NCBI GenBank assembly: GCA_051294375.1
Contig: CM119268.1
Span: forward strand, 3,128,703 to 3,192,702
Length of the DNA stretch: 64,000 nucleotides
Source of the DNA: Paraspadella gotoi
Lineage: Eukaryota; Animalia; Chaetognatha
Direction: 5' to 3'
Shown here: in pieces, positions 11,751 to 23,064 of the stretch
Layout of the letters: the number at the start of each line of letters is the position of its first letter
Numbering within the stretch: position 1 is the stretch's first letter
Notes under the pieces: model-generated
Database searches by the model: none
Seen by the model: only the letters and a program-made list of their open reading frames with translations
Told to the model about the DNA's origin: nothing
Program-made: the position numbers and the translations under genes

Positions 11751-12652
11751 CAGATATGTGGAGGACGTTTTGTGAAATGTTATTTTCCAAGTTGCTGTAA
11801 CGGAACTAACGTTTGCGCAAACAAAAGACGCATAAAGAAACTCTTCTTTTTTTTGACGCGCTTTGAAAACTTATGATGCCAATTGCATTAATACAAATTG
11901 TCTAGTTGGCTGCAGAACTTAAAACAAAAGACAACTGTTACTTAAAAAAAAGGCTGTTGCTGGTTTTGTAATCAAATGAGCTTCTTCAAGATCTTCAATT
12001 TTTTGTCGAAGCGGTGAATGTTAAATTTCGTTAACAAAGACAATCATAATTATATAAAATGCGACGGTAGTTGTTGATTTGCTTGTTTATATGGCGATCT
12101 AGTCTAATGGTGATGCTAAAAATGAAAATGATTTTTACAGGTTGTTAAAGTGAACAAAAATTCGCATTTGAAACAAAAAAGACACAAACGACAACAAAAA
12201 CGAAAACGACGAAGAGAATAACAACAAGGACAACGACGAAGAGTATAACAACAACGACAACGACGACGCCTTGCGTCACCAAGCGACAACAAAGGAAACG
12301 AAACGAAAAAAAAGGCCTTACATTGAGATAAGGGAAGGAATAATAAGAAAGACGCAGATATGCGGAAAATATGCGAGTCAAACACGAGCACAAACAAAGC
12401 GAGAGAGAGAGANNNNNNNNNNNNNNNNNNNNNNNNNNNNNNNNNNNNNNNNNNNNNNNNNNNNNNNNNNNNNNNNNNNNNNNNNNNNNNNNNNNNNNNN
12501 NNNNNNNNNNNNNNNNNNNNNNNNNNNNNNNNNNNNNNNNNNNNNNNNNNNNNNNNNNNNNNNNNCGCCATAATATCGCGGGCTCAAGATATTCCTGAAA
12601 ACAAAATTATCTGTGACAGAAGAGTCAAGAAAAGAAAGTAGCGATCTGACGC

Positions 12653-12726
12653 AATATACAATGAAATATACAATGAAATATACAATGAAATATACAATGA
12701 AACATACAATGAAATATACATTGAAA
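12653..12726. repeat. 12-bp tandem repeat (aatatacaatga) x6
   Basis: Read directly from the sequence. Confidence 0.93.
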
Positions 12727-13751
12727 ACTACCCAAGGAAAATAATATAGTTATTAACTAGTGGCAGTTTAATTTGTGTTTTTATTTTACGATCAACTCAT
12801 AATTTGCTTTTATATTTTACGATTTGCTTTTATTTCTGCAAAGTCTATAACTAAAACCCTTTTGTTTTTTTTTTGTTTTGTTTCTCGCAAAAGAAATTTG
12901 ACTGTTGAACATTTTTACGTAGGTTTTTTTTCCGACCCAACTAAGCTTAACGACAGAGGCCGATAAATGTATCGTGTATCACATTGACAGTTTTATTCGG
13001 AGAATATGCGTGTTAAAAAAAAAAAACAAAACACAAATTTAAGTAGCGTATAATGGATTTTTATTTGGCGAAGAGAAATATTAATCTTTTTTTTTTACTC
13101 TTAATTTTTTTTTTTATTAACGAACGACCTTAAATTTTGACGAGAAGGGAGGAGAGGAGATGAAAAAGGAAGAGGAAGGAAGAGAGGGGGGGGAGGGGGG
13201 ACGAGAGTGAGGGGAGGGAGGGGAATGGGGATGAGGAAAGGAAGGGGTGAGGGGAGGGAACGTGGGAGATGAAAGAGAGGAGACGGGGAAGGCAGGAAAA
13301 GAAGGATAAACTTGTCGTTTATGTGAAAAGTTTTCACGAAGGTGAAACGAACTTATATTCCGTAAAATATGCGCATCACGATGAGCTCGGATACAAAAAC
13401 CGTCCAGTGAGTTGTTGCGCGGGATTTATATCCTGATAGTGATAATAGATATCATGTTTAATGTAAGTAGTAATTGTAGTACGATCTTGGGAATATTTCT
13501 TTTTTTCATTTGGAACCAGTCCTAAGCTCTTTACTTTCTCTACTTTCCTCGATTAATATTCAATTATCTCTTTCATTCGCGAGAATTCACGGAGTTCAAA
13601 CGTCACATCTCACATAATCTAATGCTTCTTCACATTGACTCAGATGCCGCTTCACCCTGTTCTTCGTCTCACAAAAAAATCTTGATTTCACCCCATCGAA
13701 TCACCTAATCACCCAAGGTTCACAGTCTCGGGGTCTCTTTCTCTCACGGAG

Positions 13752-13789
<38 letters not shown>

Positions 13790-14659
13790 CCCCTCCCTCT
13801 CTACTCTCTCTCTCTCTCTCTCCTCCTCTTCTTCTCTCATTCTCTCTTCTCTCACACGTGAAGACGAAATCCCGGTGCAAAGATGGATTCTAAAGAAAAG
13901 ACCGAAAAAAGGGAAAAAAAAAGGAAAGAAAGGAAAGAGAGATCGGCTCGTCCTAATCTCTTTCTAGGCTTCAAAAATTGCGTTTTAGCTTCTTCTTTTT
14001 CTTTATAGGTTTTTTTTTCTTTTTAGACGGGGTAACGATATGAAAAAGTGAAGATGAGATGAGAGAAGAGATAGGAGAGAGAGAGAGAGACGATGAGAGA
14101 TGAGAGAGAGTAGACGAGGAGGATGAGAGAGAGAGAAACTGAGAGAGAGAGATGAGCATATTTTAAAGAGTTTCATCGAGAATCATATGGTCCTTTTCGT
14201 CCAATAAAGGGGCAGCCTTTTTATTTTTATGAGGGTGCCACGGAGTGTGGAGAGCAAATTAGTAGAGAGAGAGGAGGGAGAAGAGAGAGAGAGATGAGAG
14301 AAAGAGAGAGAGAGATGAGAGAGAAGAAGAGAGAGAGAGAGAGAGAAGGAGAGTAGAGAGAGAGAGAGAGAGAGAGAGGAGAGATAGTCAATAGAGTTTG
14401 AAGCAAAAAAAAAGCTAAGATTGCACCAGTGACGAGCAAATCCTCGAATCATAGATTTTTTTCTCACAAATTCACGAAATTCCCACGCGTGTACATCTCA
14501 CGCGCGCATGTAGCGTAATGCACGCGCAACGTTTACCTTTTTTCTTGTTCTACTTCGGATGCGCTGCGGATAAATTCCCGCTTTGTCTCATTGTCACTCA
14601 GGTAAGGCAAAAAGAAAAAAAAACCCAATAAAGCCGCGAAGCTGCGAAGCCGCGCGCGT

Positions 14660-14851
14660 CAGCGGCCGCAGCGTCGTTCCTTGACGCAGCAGCAGCAGCA
14701 GCCCAACTCCGAGCGCCCGAGAGTCAATATCACCTCCGTATATGATAAGCTTAATTCAGCGCCCGCCGCGGAGCCTTTTCGCCCCCGGACGCCCCGCTTC
14801 GCCGAATTCGTGATGATGTGGACTCTCGCGTTGAGGGACTTCGCCTTTTGA
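14660..14851 (+). CDS. Candidate coding segment with short polyQ
   Basis: QRPQRRSLTQQQQQPNSERPRVNITSVYDKLNSAPAAEPFRPRTPRFAEFVMMW... in a CpG-rich island. No domain recognised. Confidence 0.2.
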   Translation, partial: QRPQRRSLTQQQQQPNSERPRVNITSVYDKLNSAPAAEPFRPRTPRFAEFVMMWTLALRDFAF

Positions 14852-15379
14852 GAGGAAAGAAAAAAGTGCAAACGATTCTGGATTGAAAAAAGAGAGGGAG
14901 AGGGAGTCGCTCTCGCCTTCTCGTTTCGATGGAGAGACACACCCTTTTCTGATGAGCTGTTATGTTTAACTCACTCTTCCTCACCCATATGGGAACGACT
15001 TAAATAAGTCACTCTTTAAAATTTAGATTGACCGAATTTTTTTTCTTCCGTTTGGACCAAAATTTTAGTTATTGCGTAATTATCTTATTTGCATCTTGAA
15101 GTCCGTGTTGTATTGCGATGTAAACCTGCAGGCGAAAGTCTTTCGGTTGGTAAAAAAATTTTTTAACAGTTTGTTAGGTTGAAGTTATTCAATTAATAAG
15201 AGCTACTGAAAGAGCAGTTTTGCTATTAAAAAAATAACAGGCGAGTTGTTTCAGTTTTCAAAACTTCTCTTTCTTTATGTCATTATGTCATTACTTATTT
15301 ATGTCATCTGTGATGATGTTTTAAATTGTTTTTTTCTTATTTGCACTTTTTTTACCGTCGAATCCTTTCTATTTTCCCA

Positions 15380-15945
15380 TTTTTTCACTTTTTCCCTTCT
15401 TCTCTTATCCTCTCTTTTCTATTCCTCTTCTTTCCTTTTCTTTTCATCTCTTTTCTCTTCCTCCCTTTTCTCTTCCTCCCTTTCCCCTTCCTCCTTATTA
15501 TCTTCCTCTCTTTTCTCTTTCTCCCTTTTCTTTTCCTCCCTTTTCTCTTTCTCCTTATTCTCTTCCTCTCTTTTCTCTTCCTCCCTTTCCTCTTCCTCCT
15601 TATTTTCTTCCTCTCTTTTCTCTTTCTCCCTTTTCTTTTCCTCCCCTTTCCTCTTCCTCCTTATTATCTTCCTCTCTTTTCTCTTTTTCCTTTTTCTTTT
15701 CCTCCCCTTTCTCTTAATCCTTTTCTTCCTCCTCCCTTTCCCGTTCCTTTCTTTCCATTTCCTCCTTTTTTCTTCCTTTTATTTTCATCTCTTTTCTTTT
15801 CCTCCCTTTCCTCTTCCTCCTTATTTTCTTCCTCTCTTTTCTCTTTCTCCCTTTTCTTTTCCTCCCCTTTCTCTTAATCCGTTTCTTCCTCCTCCCTTTC
15901 CCGTTCCTTTCTTTCCTTTTCCTCCTTTTTTCTTCCTTTTCTTTT
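15380..15945. repeat. Polypyrimidine low-complexity tract with internal short repeats
   Basis: ctcttttctcttcctc-type units, almost no purines on the + strand. Confidence 0.9.
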
Positions 15946-15959
15946 CCATATGATTTCTC

Positions 15960-16149
15960 CTTTCTTTCCTCGAATCTCCTCGACGATGGATTCGAGAGTG
16001 AGAATCACTCTGTCCCGGCTCGTTCCCATGATCACTGACGATGATCATTTCTCACAATCACTTCTGGTGAGCCTTTCCTTGATCTCTTCCAATGATCACT
16101 TTGTAGCGAACAATGCTGAGGTACACCACGATGGCTTACGATGCATAGA
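15960..16149 (-). CDS. Candidate coding exon, frame-disrupted (GPCR TM3-like or TIR-like reading)
   Basis: Acceptor ttttttcttag|. Fragments LCIVS..LSIVRYKVII, KAIVV and RDRVILTLESIVEEI. A second partial copy at 23065-23160 differs by indels. Confidence 0.25.
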
Positions 16150-17179
16150 CTAAGAAAAAATATGAACTAATTAAACTTTGCCTGAGTTTTCACGTATGGT
16201 TTTTACTGCATCACTCACGCTACCATAAATTTTGCCTAATTATCTTAATTGACATTTCAACATGTGTAAGTCATTAAGCATTATATATTTGAATGCTGTT
16301 TTGAAAGAATTGAAGTAATATTGACTAATATTGACTTGGTCCGTCTCATGGTCTTGTGAAGGTTGAATTCCTTTGGGGGCAGTTGGGCATCGGTTTGTTC
16401 CCGATCGAGCATATTAAAAAGAATTAACTTGTCTTGTGCTATCAATGACACTTTTTCTGCGGATTTGCTACTGAGCCATTTAATTCTGATTGTAGTCACT
16501 AGTCAGATTCGTTATGATTAGAAATTTCTTATCATAACGAGACTCATCGTTTTCCCAATTTTTTTTATTTCTTTACCTTCAACAATTTCCAACTTACGTC
16601 GCCTTTTCTTCCACAACATTTACTCACCTTTTCGCGTCCATTTAACTCACCGAACTAAAACCTTCTAACCTCCTCGCTCACCTAAATTCTCACCCCCCGC
16701 CCTATCATCTCCCTCTTTACGATCTATCATAACTCTCTCATCTCCTCCCTCCTCTTCTCCCCTCCGCCCATCATTGGAACCTCATCATCTCCTCCTTTGT
16801 AAGCCGTGATATCGAGTCGTATTAAGGCCCCCGACTCCGCCTAGTCCGTGAGAGATGAGAGAGAGAGAGACGAGGAGAGAGAGAGAGAGAGAGATGAGAG
16901 GAGAGAGAGAGAGAAAGGAGAGAGAGAGAGAGAGAGACGCCGACGCGATGAACTTCCTCTTTTTATGTTCGATGTTCACATCTCTTCGAGTTTTTGTGTG
17001 TGAGTGAATTCTGAGAGCGAGCGGGACTTTCTCTCTCTATTTTTGTGTGTGTGGGAGTGTGAACGAGCGGAGAACCGTGGGAGAGGGCGCTGTTCGTGAA
17101 AGGGCGCTCTGGAGAGGAGGGTCATGAATCGGGGTGAACGCTCTTCAGGAGAGGCCTTCGTGAGGGTGTTGAAAACTAC

Positions 17180-17219
<40 letters not shown>

Positions 17220-17399
17220 AGGAGAGAGAGAGAATTGAATTTTTGAATTTTGAATTTATTCAATGGGGCTTTAGGCACAAAATAAAACAATAGGCCATAA
17301 AAAAGCTACTTTATTACATTTAAAGTCTACGAATTTAGGCATTCATCATGAATCTTTCCAATTTACAATTTATGCATGTATTTTCTTTGTAAATAATCC

Positions 17400-20335
17400 C
17401 ATCCCAACAGCGGTTTCGATAGGTGAAATGTTTGTCTGAATAGTATTAGAATTAATATGATTAATAGCATCGTCAAATAGGTGATTTCCTGCGATAATTC
17501 TTTTCAATCTCCGTAGCAGCAAAGTTTTTAACATAAGTCAGATAATGGTATTTGGCCTGCGGCATCTAATGTGGCAGCAGTAGGAGGTATGACTAGGTAA
17601 ATTTTGAAAAATACGAATGGCTCTAATTGTAAGCGATAATCAAATTTCATCCAGTGATAATTACCAGCAGAACAAGCAAACAAGGAGATGAGTATAAAAA
17701 TAGAGAAACTATAAGACTTTGAAATAGTTGATTGAACTAAACGATAATTATTCCAGTTACAAAACGGAAAGTCTATTGATTGCAAGAATTTTACATTTTG
17801 CTTTTTTAAATAAATCATTAACGTGAAATGTCCAGTAAGTTTTTTATCAATTTATACACCCTAAAAACTTTACGTTGTCACACATGGAATTTTCTAACCA
17901 AATAATGTTAAATTAACGCAAAAGTTAAAAAGATTAAAACTTCGTGTAATAACTATACAGTTAGATTATCTGGACAAAGATTAAACCACATTTCGCTACC
18001 ATCTTTCAAGTTATTGAAGTGTCCGTTGGAGAGCCTTTTCTGCTATATGCGGATCTTTAGATGAAGCCCACAAGCTTGAGTCGTCTGCATATTGTGCAGC
18101 ACTCTCAAAAAACAATCAAGAGCACCACCTTGAAATGCAGGTTTGATCGAGAGTAAATTTGGATCTGGATCTTGATTATGATCGGGATTAACGTGAGATT
18201 GAGATGATTGTGTAATGCTTAATGGCCTTTGGGCAAGAAATGGGTAAGGTCACGCGACGTAAAGAGCAAATAATTCAGGACTGAGAACCGCGTCCTTGTG
18301 GAGATCCACACAGAATCATAACTCTCCGTGATTGCTCACCTCGACTGACGACGCAGAAGCTTCTATTAGTTAGAAGGAGTTAAGAAGACGAATCATATCT
18401 TTAGAATATTCCAGACCTAATTTAGCTTTAACGAAGGTCCATCATGCCAGATGTTATCAAAGGCTTGCTGTAATCGAGAGTGACAAGTATGGTTGCACCT
18501 CTGGCTTTAAAGCATCTGTGGGAGTCTTCAATTAATCGGACAATGTTTTCAAGGGGCAGATCGCCCTTTTCGATATCCTGATTGAAGAGTTTCTTGGCAC
18601 TGCCAGCTTTTAACATCGTAATTAGTCCCGGAAGAATTAAACCTTTCAAAGAGTTTCCGAAGAACAGACAAAAGGCTAATGGGTCGATAATTTCTGGAGT
18701 TTGTAGCGTCTTTACCACTTTTAGGAATCTACGAATCAGGGCCAGTTTCCACACATCGGGAAAGTACCCAAAACGAAAAAACAACTTTCATATATATGTT
18801 GCAGAGTCAACAAGCTTTCTATCGGCAAATTACGAAGCATGAGATGGTTTACAATAATCTACCCAGCTGCAAGATCTTATCTTAAGTGTTTTGATTATTT
18901 CAATTAGGTTTCATATTGAGAGCATCTTTAATAAAGATTCAAAGTCAGGGTCATAATTTCTTTTGATTGTGCTGGGGTGACAGATGTGCATGATACTCGG
19001 ACGACAAATTTTTTTTTTATTTTTATTTGCCCAGTCTTCTTTTTTCTGGTGGAACCGGTGAGGTGCCTAACATACCTTCTAATTTTTTCTGCAAAAACTT
19101 CGAGTTAGCAGCATTGTCCTCTGCTACTGATCCATCGGCACGAAGTAGCATTGCATCTGGTGGAAGAAACTTGGAGAATAATTGGTTATATTATTGATCA
19201 TTTTCCATTTTTTCGCAGCGTGTTTTTTCAGAAAGTATTCTTTTTACTTCATATTTGTAGTGTTCCGCTAAACATCGTTTTGTTGCATATTTTAACTTCG
19301 GCAGATGTAATTATATTCCTTTTTGATGTTAGGTGGAGCTGAAAAACCATTTTTTCTTGTAATTGCAAATTTTTCGAGACAATTCTTTCTTTTCCTTTTT
19401 GACAAGGTTTTGGTGTGATTATGTCTATTTTTATGCCATTTTTTGGTGAAGGTGGTTTTTGTACAGTACTTTTGTTATAAGAATTAATGATAAGGTTTGA
19501 AAAGTTTCAATCTTTTTTATCTAATTCATTGGTATTAGAAACACGATCGTTTATACAGTGAATTTCATTTTTAATGTTTATCGCCGAAATTTATTCCAAT
19601 CTGTAGTTTTAGAGTAGCTTGTGTGTTTATAAATATTTAAAGGTAAAAGTCGTAAGAATGGGCAAATGATCTGATCCTACGTCATCTAGGACCGTACTGG
19701 ATTCAATCTTTGTGACAGACTGACCCGTCGTTAAGACGATATCCAAGACATTTGCTTCACCATTTGACTCTTACTAATGTATGAGGAGAATCTCCATGTA
19801 CCCGAAATAATTTGTATTAGAGATATAAGATAACAGATCTTCACCTTGTTGTGTGTCGAATCTCCCACCTAGTAAAGTATTGAAGAATTCAGATTCTCCA
19901 GCAAAGATGGTTAGGGAGATATTCGGTTTATTTGATATTTCAGCATAGAATTTAAAAATATTTTCATCAATTTACAAGCTGGGTGATTGTATGCGGTTCA
20001 ATAATCAATCTTTCTCTTCCATTTAGTAAGATTTCACGAATAAACTTTCTTCTTGCTCTGTATCGGGATTTAAGATTGCAGGCTGGTATATTGTTTGGGA
20101 CTGCAATCATTACTCCGCCCAGCATTTGAATTTGATTCTTTTAAAATACTTTAAAATTTTTAAAAACAAAATATGTCTCCTTGTTTGCTTCTCACATCAT
20201 TGCATATTAAAAAAAAAGATGGTAGTAATTTTATAAAAAACTTACAAGATTTTGTATATTCTAATAAGCGTTTGGGTGACCATTTGTGTTTATGTTTAAG
20301 ATTGCAACAGGCAGACTTTGAGGCTCCATTTCCAT
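17400..20335 (-). pseudogene. LINE ORF2: AP-endonuclease plus reverse transcriptase (many indels)
   Basis: APE motifs: ILNINTNG, GGVMIAV, IFAG(D)xN, VLDIV, DVGSDHLP (~19663-19690). RT motifs: GYFPDVWK, NYRPISL (~18670-18690), LDYSKAFD, PQG.VLSP (~18280-18305), AQYADD (~18081-18098), VKFLGV. Confidence 0.93.
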
Positions 20336-20389
20336 TATTTAGTAACTTTTGCTTGTTTATTCGGTTTTGGACGTAATGTCAGGCGTTGT

Positions 20390-21875
20390 TGGCCTACTGA
20401 TTGCAACAACCCCTGTCGTTCATTTGATTGTTCATGTAGAGATTGGAAAACAGTTTGAGACGGCTCCCAGTCCTCATCCCAGTCACCATTATCTGTTGTG
20501 TGTTTAAAGGGGTTTGGAGAGGATTTGTTTCTGCAGGTTCAGGGTGAGATATGTTGTCTCTCTCTTGCAGGTTATCGGCTGTTTCTGTTGGTTTTGGCAA
20601 GGTGATTGACGACAAATTTTTCACTGCAGCGTTTACGGAATTAGATACAGCTGTTGATAATTCTGAATCTGTAGCTTTAGTAATACCAAGATTTTTCAAC
20701 AAAACAGTATTCCTTGAACGATGCTCTTAATTTGAGTCTGTTGGGAAAGAGTGGCAGGCTGTAATGAGTTTTTGGTGAGAGTGGCATAGGTAACACCTTG
20801 TTTGTAGAGAATGGCTATTCTTTTGACGACAAGCTTCTTGATATGTTGGACATGACTTAGAATTGCTGCATGTTTCCCGTCACAGTTTGCCACACTTTAC
20901 GTCTTCAATATAGTTTTTGACAGTTTTTGTGAGAATGATTTTCAGCACATCTGAGAACAGACTGGCTCTTAATGGAACACGAGCGAGAGCCATGACCAAA
21001 AGATTTGACAGTTAAAACACTGTAATACACGATCAGTTAAGTAATCAATGACATTGTGGACTTTCATGAAAATGTTGATACCTTTTTCAAGAAGTGTCTC
21101 TTTTTTCTCTAAGTGAATGTAGAGTGACTTTCACATTCCAGATGGTTTTCCTGACCGTCCTGTTATTAATCGTTTTACCATGCTTGGCGTGAAACCTTTA
21201 CTTGAGATAGCCGTTTTTATTTCGTCGTCATTGTATTTCAGGATCAACCCTCGGATTAAGACGAAGTGTGAGACAGTGTTTGGAGTATTGATTTCTTGGA
21301 GTGAATGTATATGTGTCATGAATCCAGTTTTCTGGTTTTAGCAAGAATTGTAGCCTCTATCAGTTCCCGCTGTTATTATGAGATCACCTGCTTTTTGTAA
21401 TTTTAACTTCTTCAATCTCTTCAGAGCCTTGAAAAGCGTCGTGAATTACTGATAGAAGTTTTGGCCGTGAATTTCTAATTTCAGTTGGGAGATCGGATGA
21501 GATTAAACAAGTTCTTCGTGACTTATTTGGCTTTGAGTTACCATTTGCTGGTTTATCGTTGGAGCCATTTTGTGAATCGTTGCCAATTTGACGAATTTTT
21601 AACGACATTAGAGCCTTTTTGTTTGGTCTTGCTCCAACTTGTCCAATTACACATATCGTAATTTGAATGTAATAACATTTTTACAAACGCTTCTTTACTA
21701 TTTCCTTGTAAGCCCCGGAAATCACTTATCAGTTTTTTCTTCGGGCGTGGAAGTATGTAAAATTTCAGGTTCTTGACTTTCTCACTTATTTCGTCACAAT
21801 TCAGTGTTTTCTTTTCCAGTTTTAGTATTTTTCCGGCGAGTTGAATTGACTTGATTCTTTGCCTTTGTTGGCCAT
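20390..21875 (-). pseudogene. LINE ORF1 (gag-like nucleic-acid-binding protein with three CCHC zinc knuckles)
   Basis: Starts MANKGKRIK. FVLIRGL..YNDDEIK..VKRL segment, then QCFNCQxFGHGSRSC, CxRCAENHSHKNC and KCxNCDGKHAAxSKSC at ~20845-21025, reconstructed across indels. Confidence 0.88.
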
Positions 21876-23064
21876 TTCGATCCTTTTCTCTGAGAAGTTA
21901 AGGTCAGTTGATTTTCGGTGTTGATCAATTAGACTAGATTTTTATATACGAGTGAGTTTGTATTAATTGAAGATTAGATTAGATGTATAGCTTTATCAGC
22001 TGGGCCTCAGCCCCATTTACGAAAAGACAGATTATTTTAAAGATGTTGAGAAATATTGATTTCTTATTTTCGAGGGAAAAGTTGAGAAAAAAAATCAGAA
22101 AATTACGGAGCATACGTCCGATCGGTTCGGTGGTCACAGAGAGAGAGAGAGAGAGAGAGATTTGTTATAGATACCGAGACGGTGAGGGCCAAATCAGGTA
22201 AGTTCTGTATCACACTAGGCTGCAGTATGTTCGAAAAACCTTAAACCAATGAGCGTTCGACGTTCGAAGTTTCACTACTGTACGATCTCGGGAAGGGAAC
22301 TTCAGCTCCAGTGGGTGCGCCTTCGCTCGTAGTGAATGGTTCAAAGTGGGTGAGGATCATGAGTAGGGCAGCTGACTTCTGGGTCGCCGAAGGAAGAGAG
22401 AGAAAAAGAGGGGGAGAAAGAGGAGGAGGAGGAGGAGGAGGAGAAGGAGGAGGAGGGAAGGGGGAACAGAGGACATAATGAGGGGAGCAGGTCATAACNN
22501 NNNNNNNNNNNNNNNNNNNNNNNNNNNNNNNNNNNNNNNNNNNNNNNNNNNNNNNNNNNNNNNNNNNNNNNNNNNNNNNNNNNNNNNNNNNNNNNNNNNN
22601 NNNNNNNNNNNNNNNNNNNNNNNNNNNNNNNNNNNNNNNNNNNNNNNNNNNNNNNNNNNNNNNNNNNNNNNNNNNNNNNNNNNNNNNNNNNNNNNNNNNN
22701 NNNNNNNNNNNNNNNNNNNNNNNNNNNNNNNNNNNNNNNNNNNNNNNNNNNNNNNNNNNNNNNNNNNNNNNNNNNNNNNNNNNNNNNNNNNNNNNNNNNN
22801 NNNNNNNNNNNNNNNNNNNNNNNNNNNNNNNNNNNNNNNNNNNNNNNNNNNNNNNNNNNNNNNNNNNNNNNNNNNNNNNNNNNNNNNNNNNNNNNNNNNN
22901 NNNNNNNNNNNNNNNCTCTCTCTCTCCCTCTCGCTCCCTTTCTCTAACGCAAGAAACGAAGGGAGACTCGTAATCGCTCTTGATGAGCCTCTGGTAATCA
23001 AGCTTGCCGTCGTCGACGTCGTCGTCGTCGTCGTCGTCGNNNNNNNNNNNNNNNNNNNNNNNNN

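Larger units (their letters stand above)
17233..22146 (-). mobile_element. Near full-length non-LTR retrotransposon (LINE), Jockey/I-group-like, frameshifted
   Basis: ORF1 with three CCHC knuckles and ORF2 with APE plus RT motifs. The 3' end has aataaa and a (ttcaa[aa])n tail abutting (TC)n. The 5' end has a DPE-like cggacgt at ~22114-22120. Confidence 0.92.
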
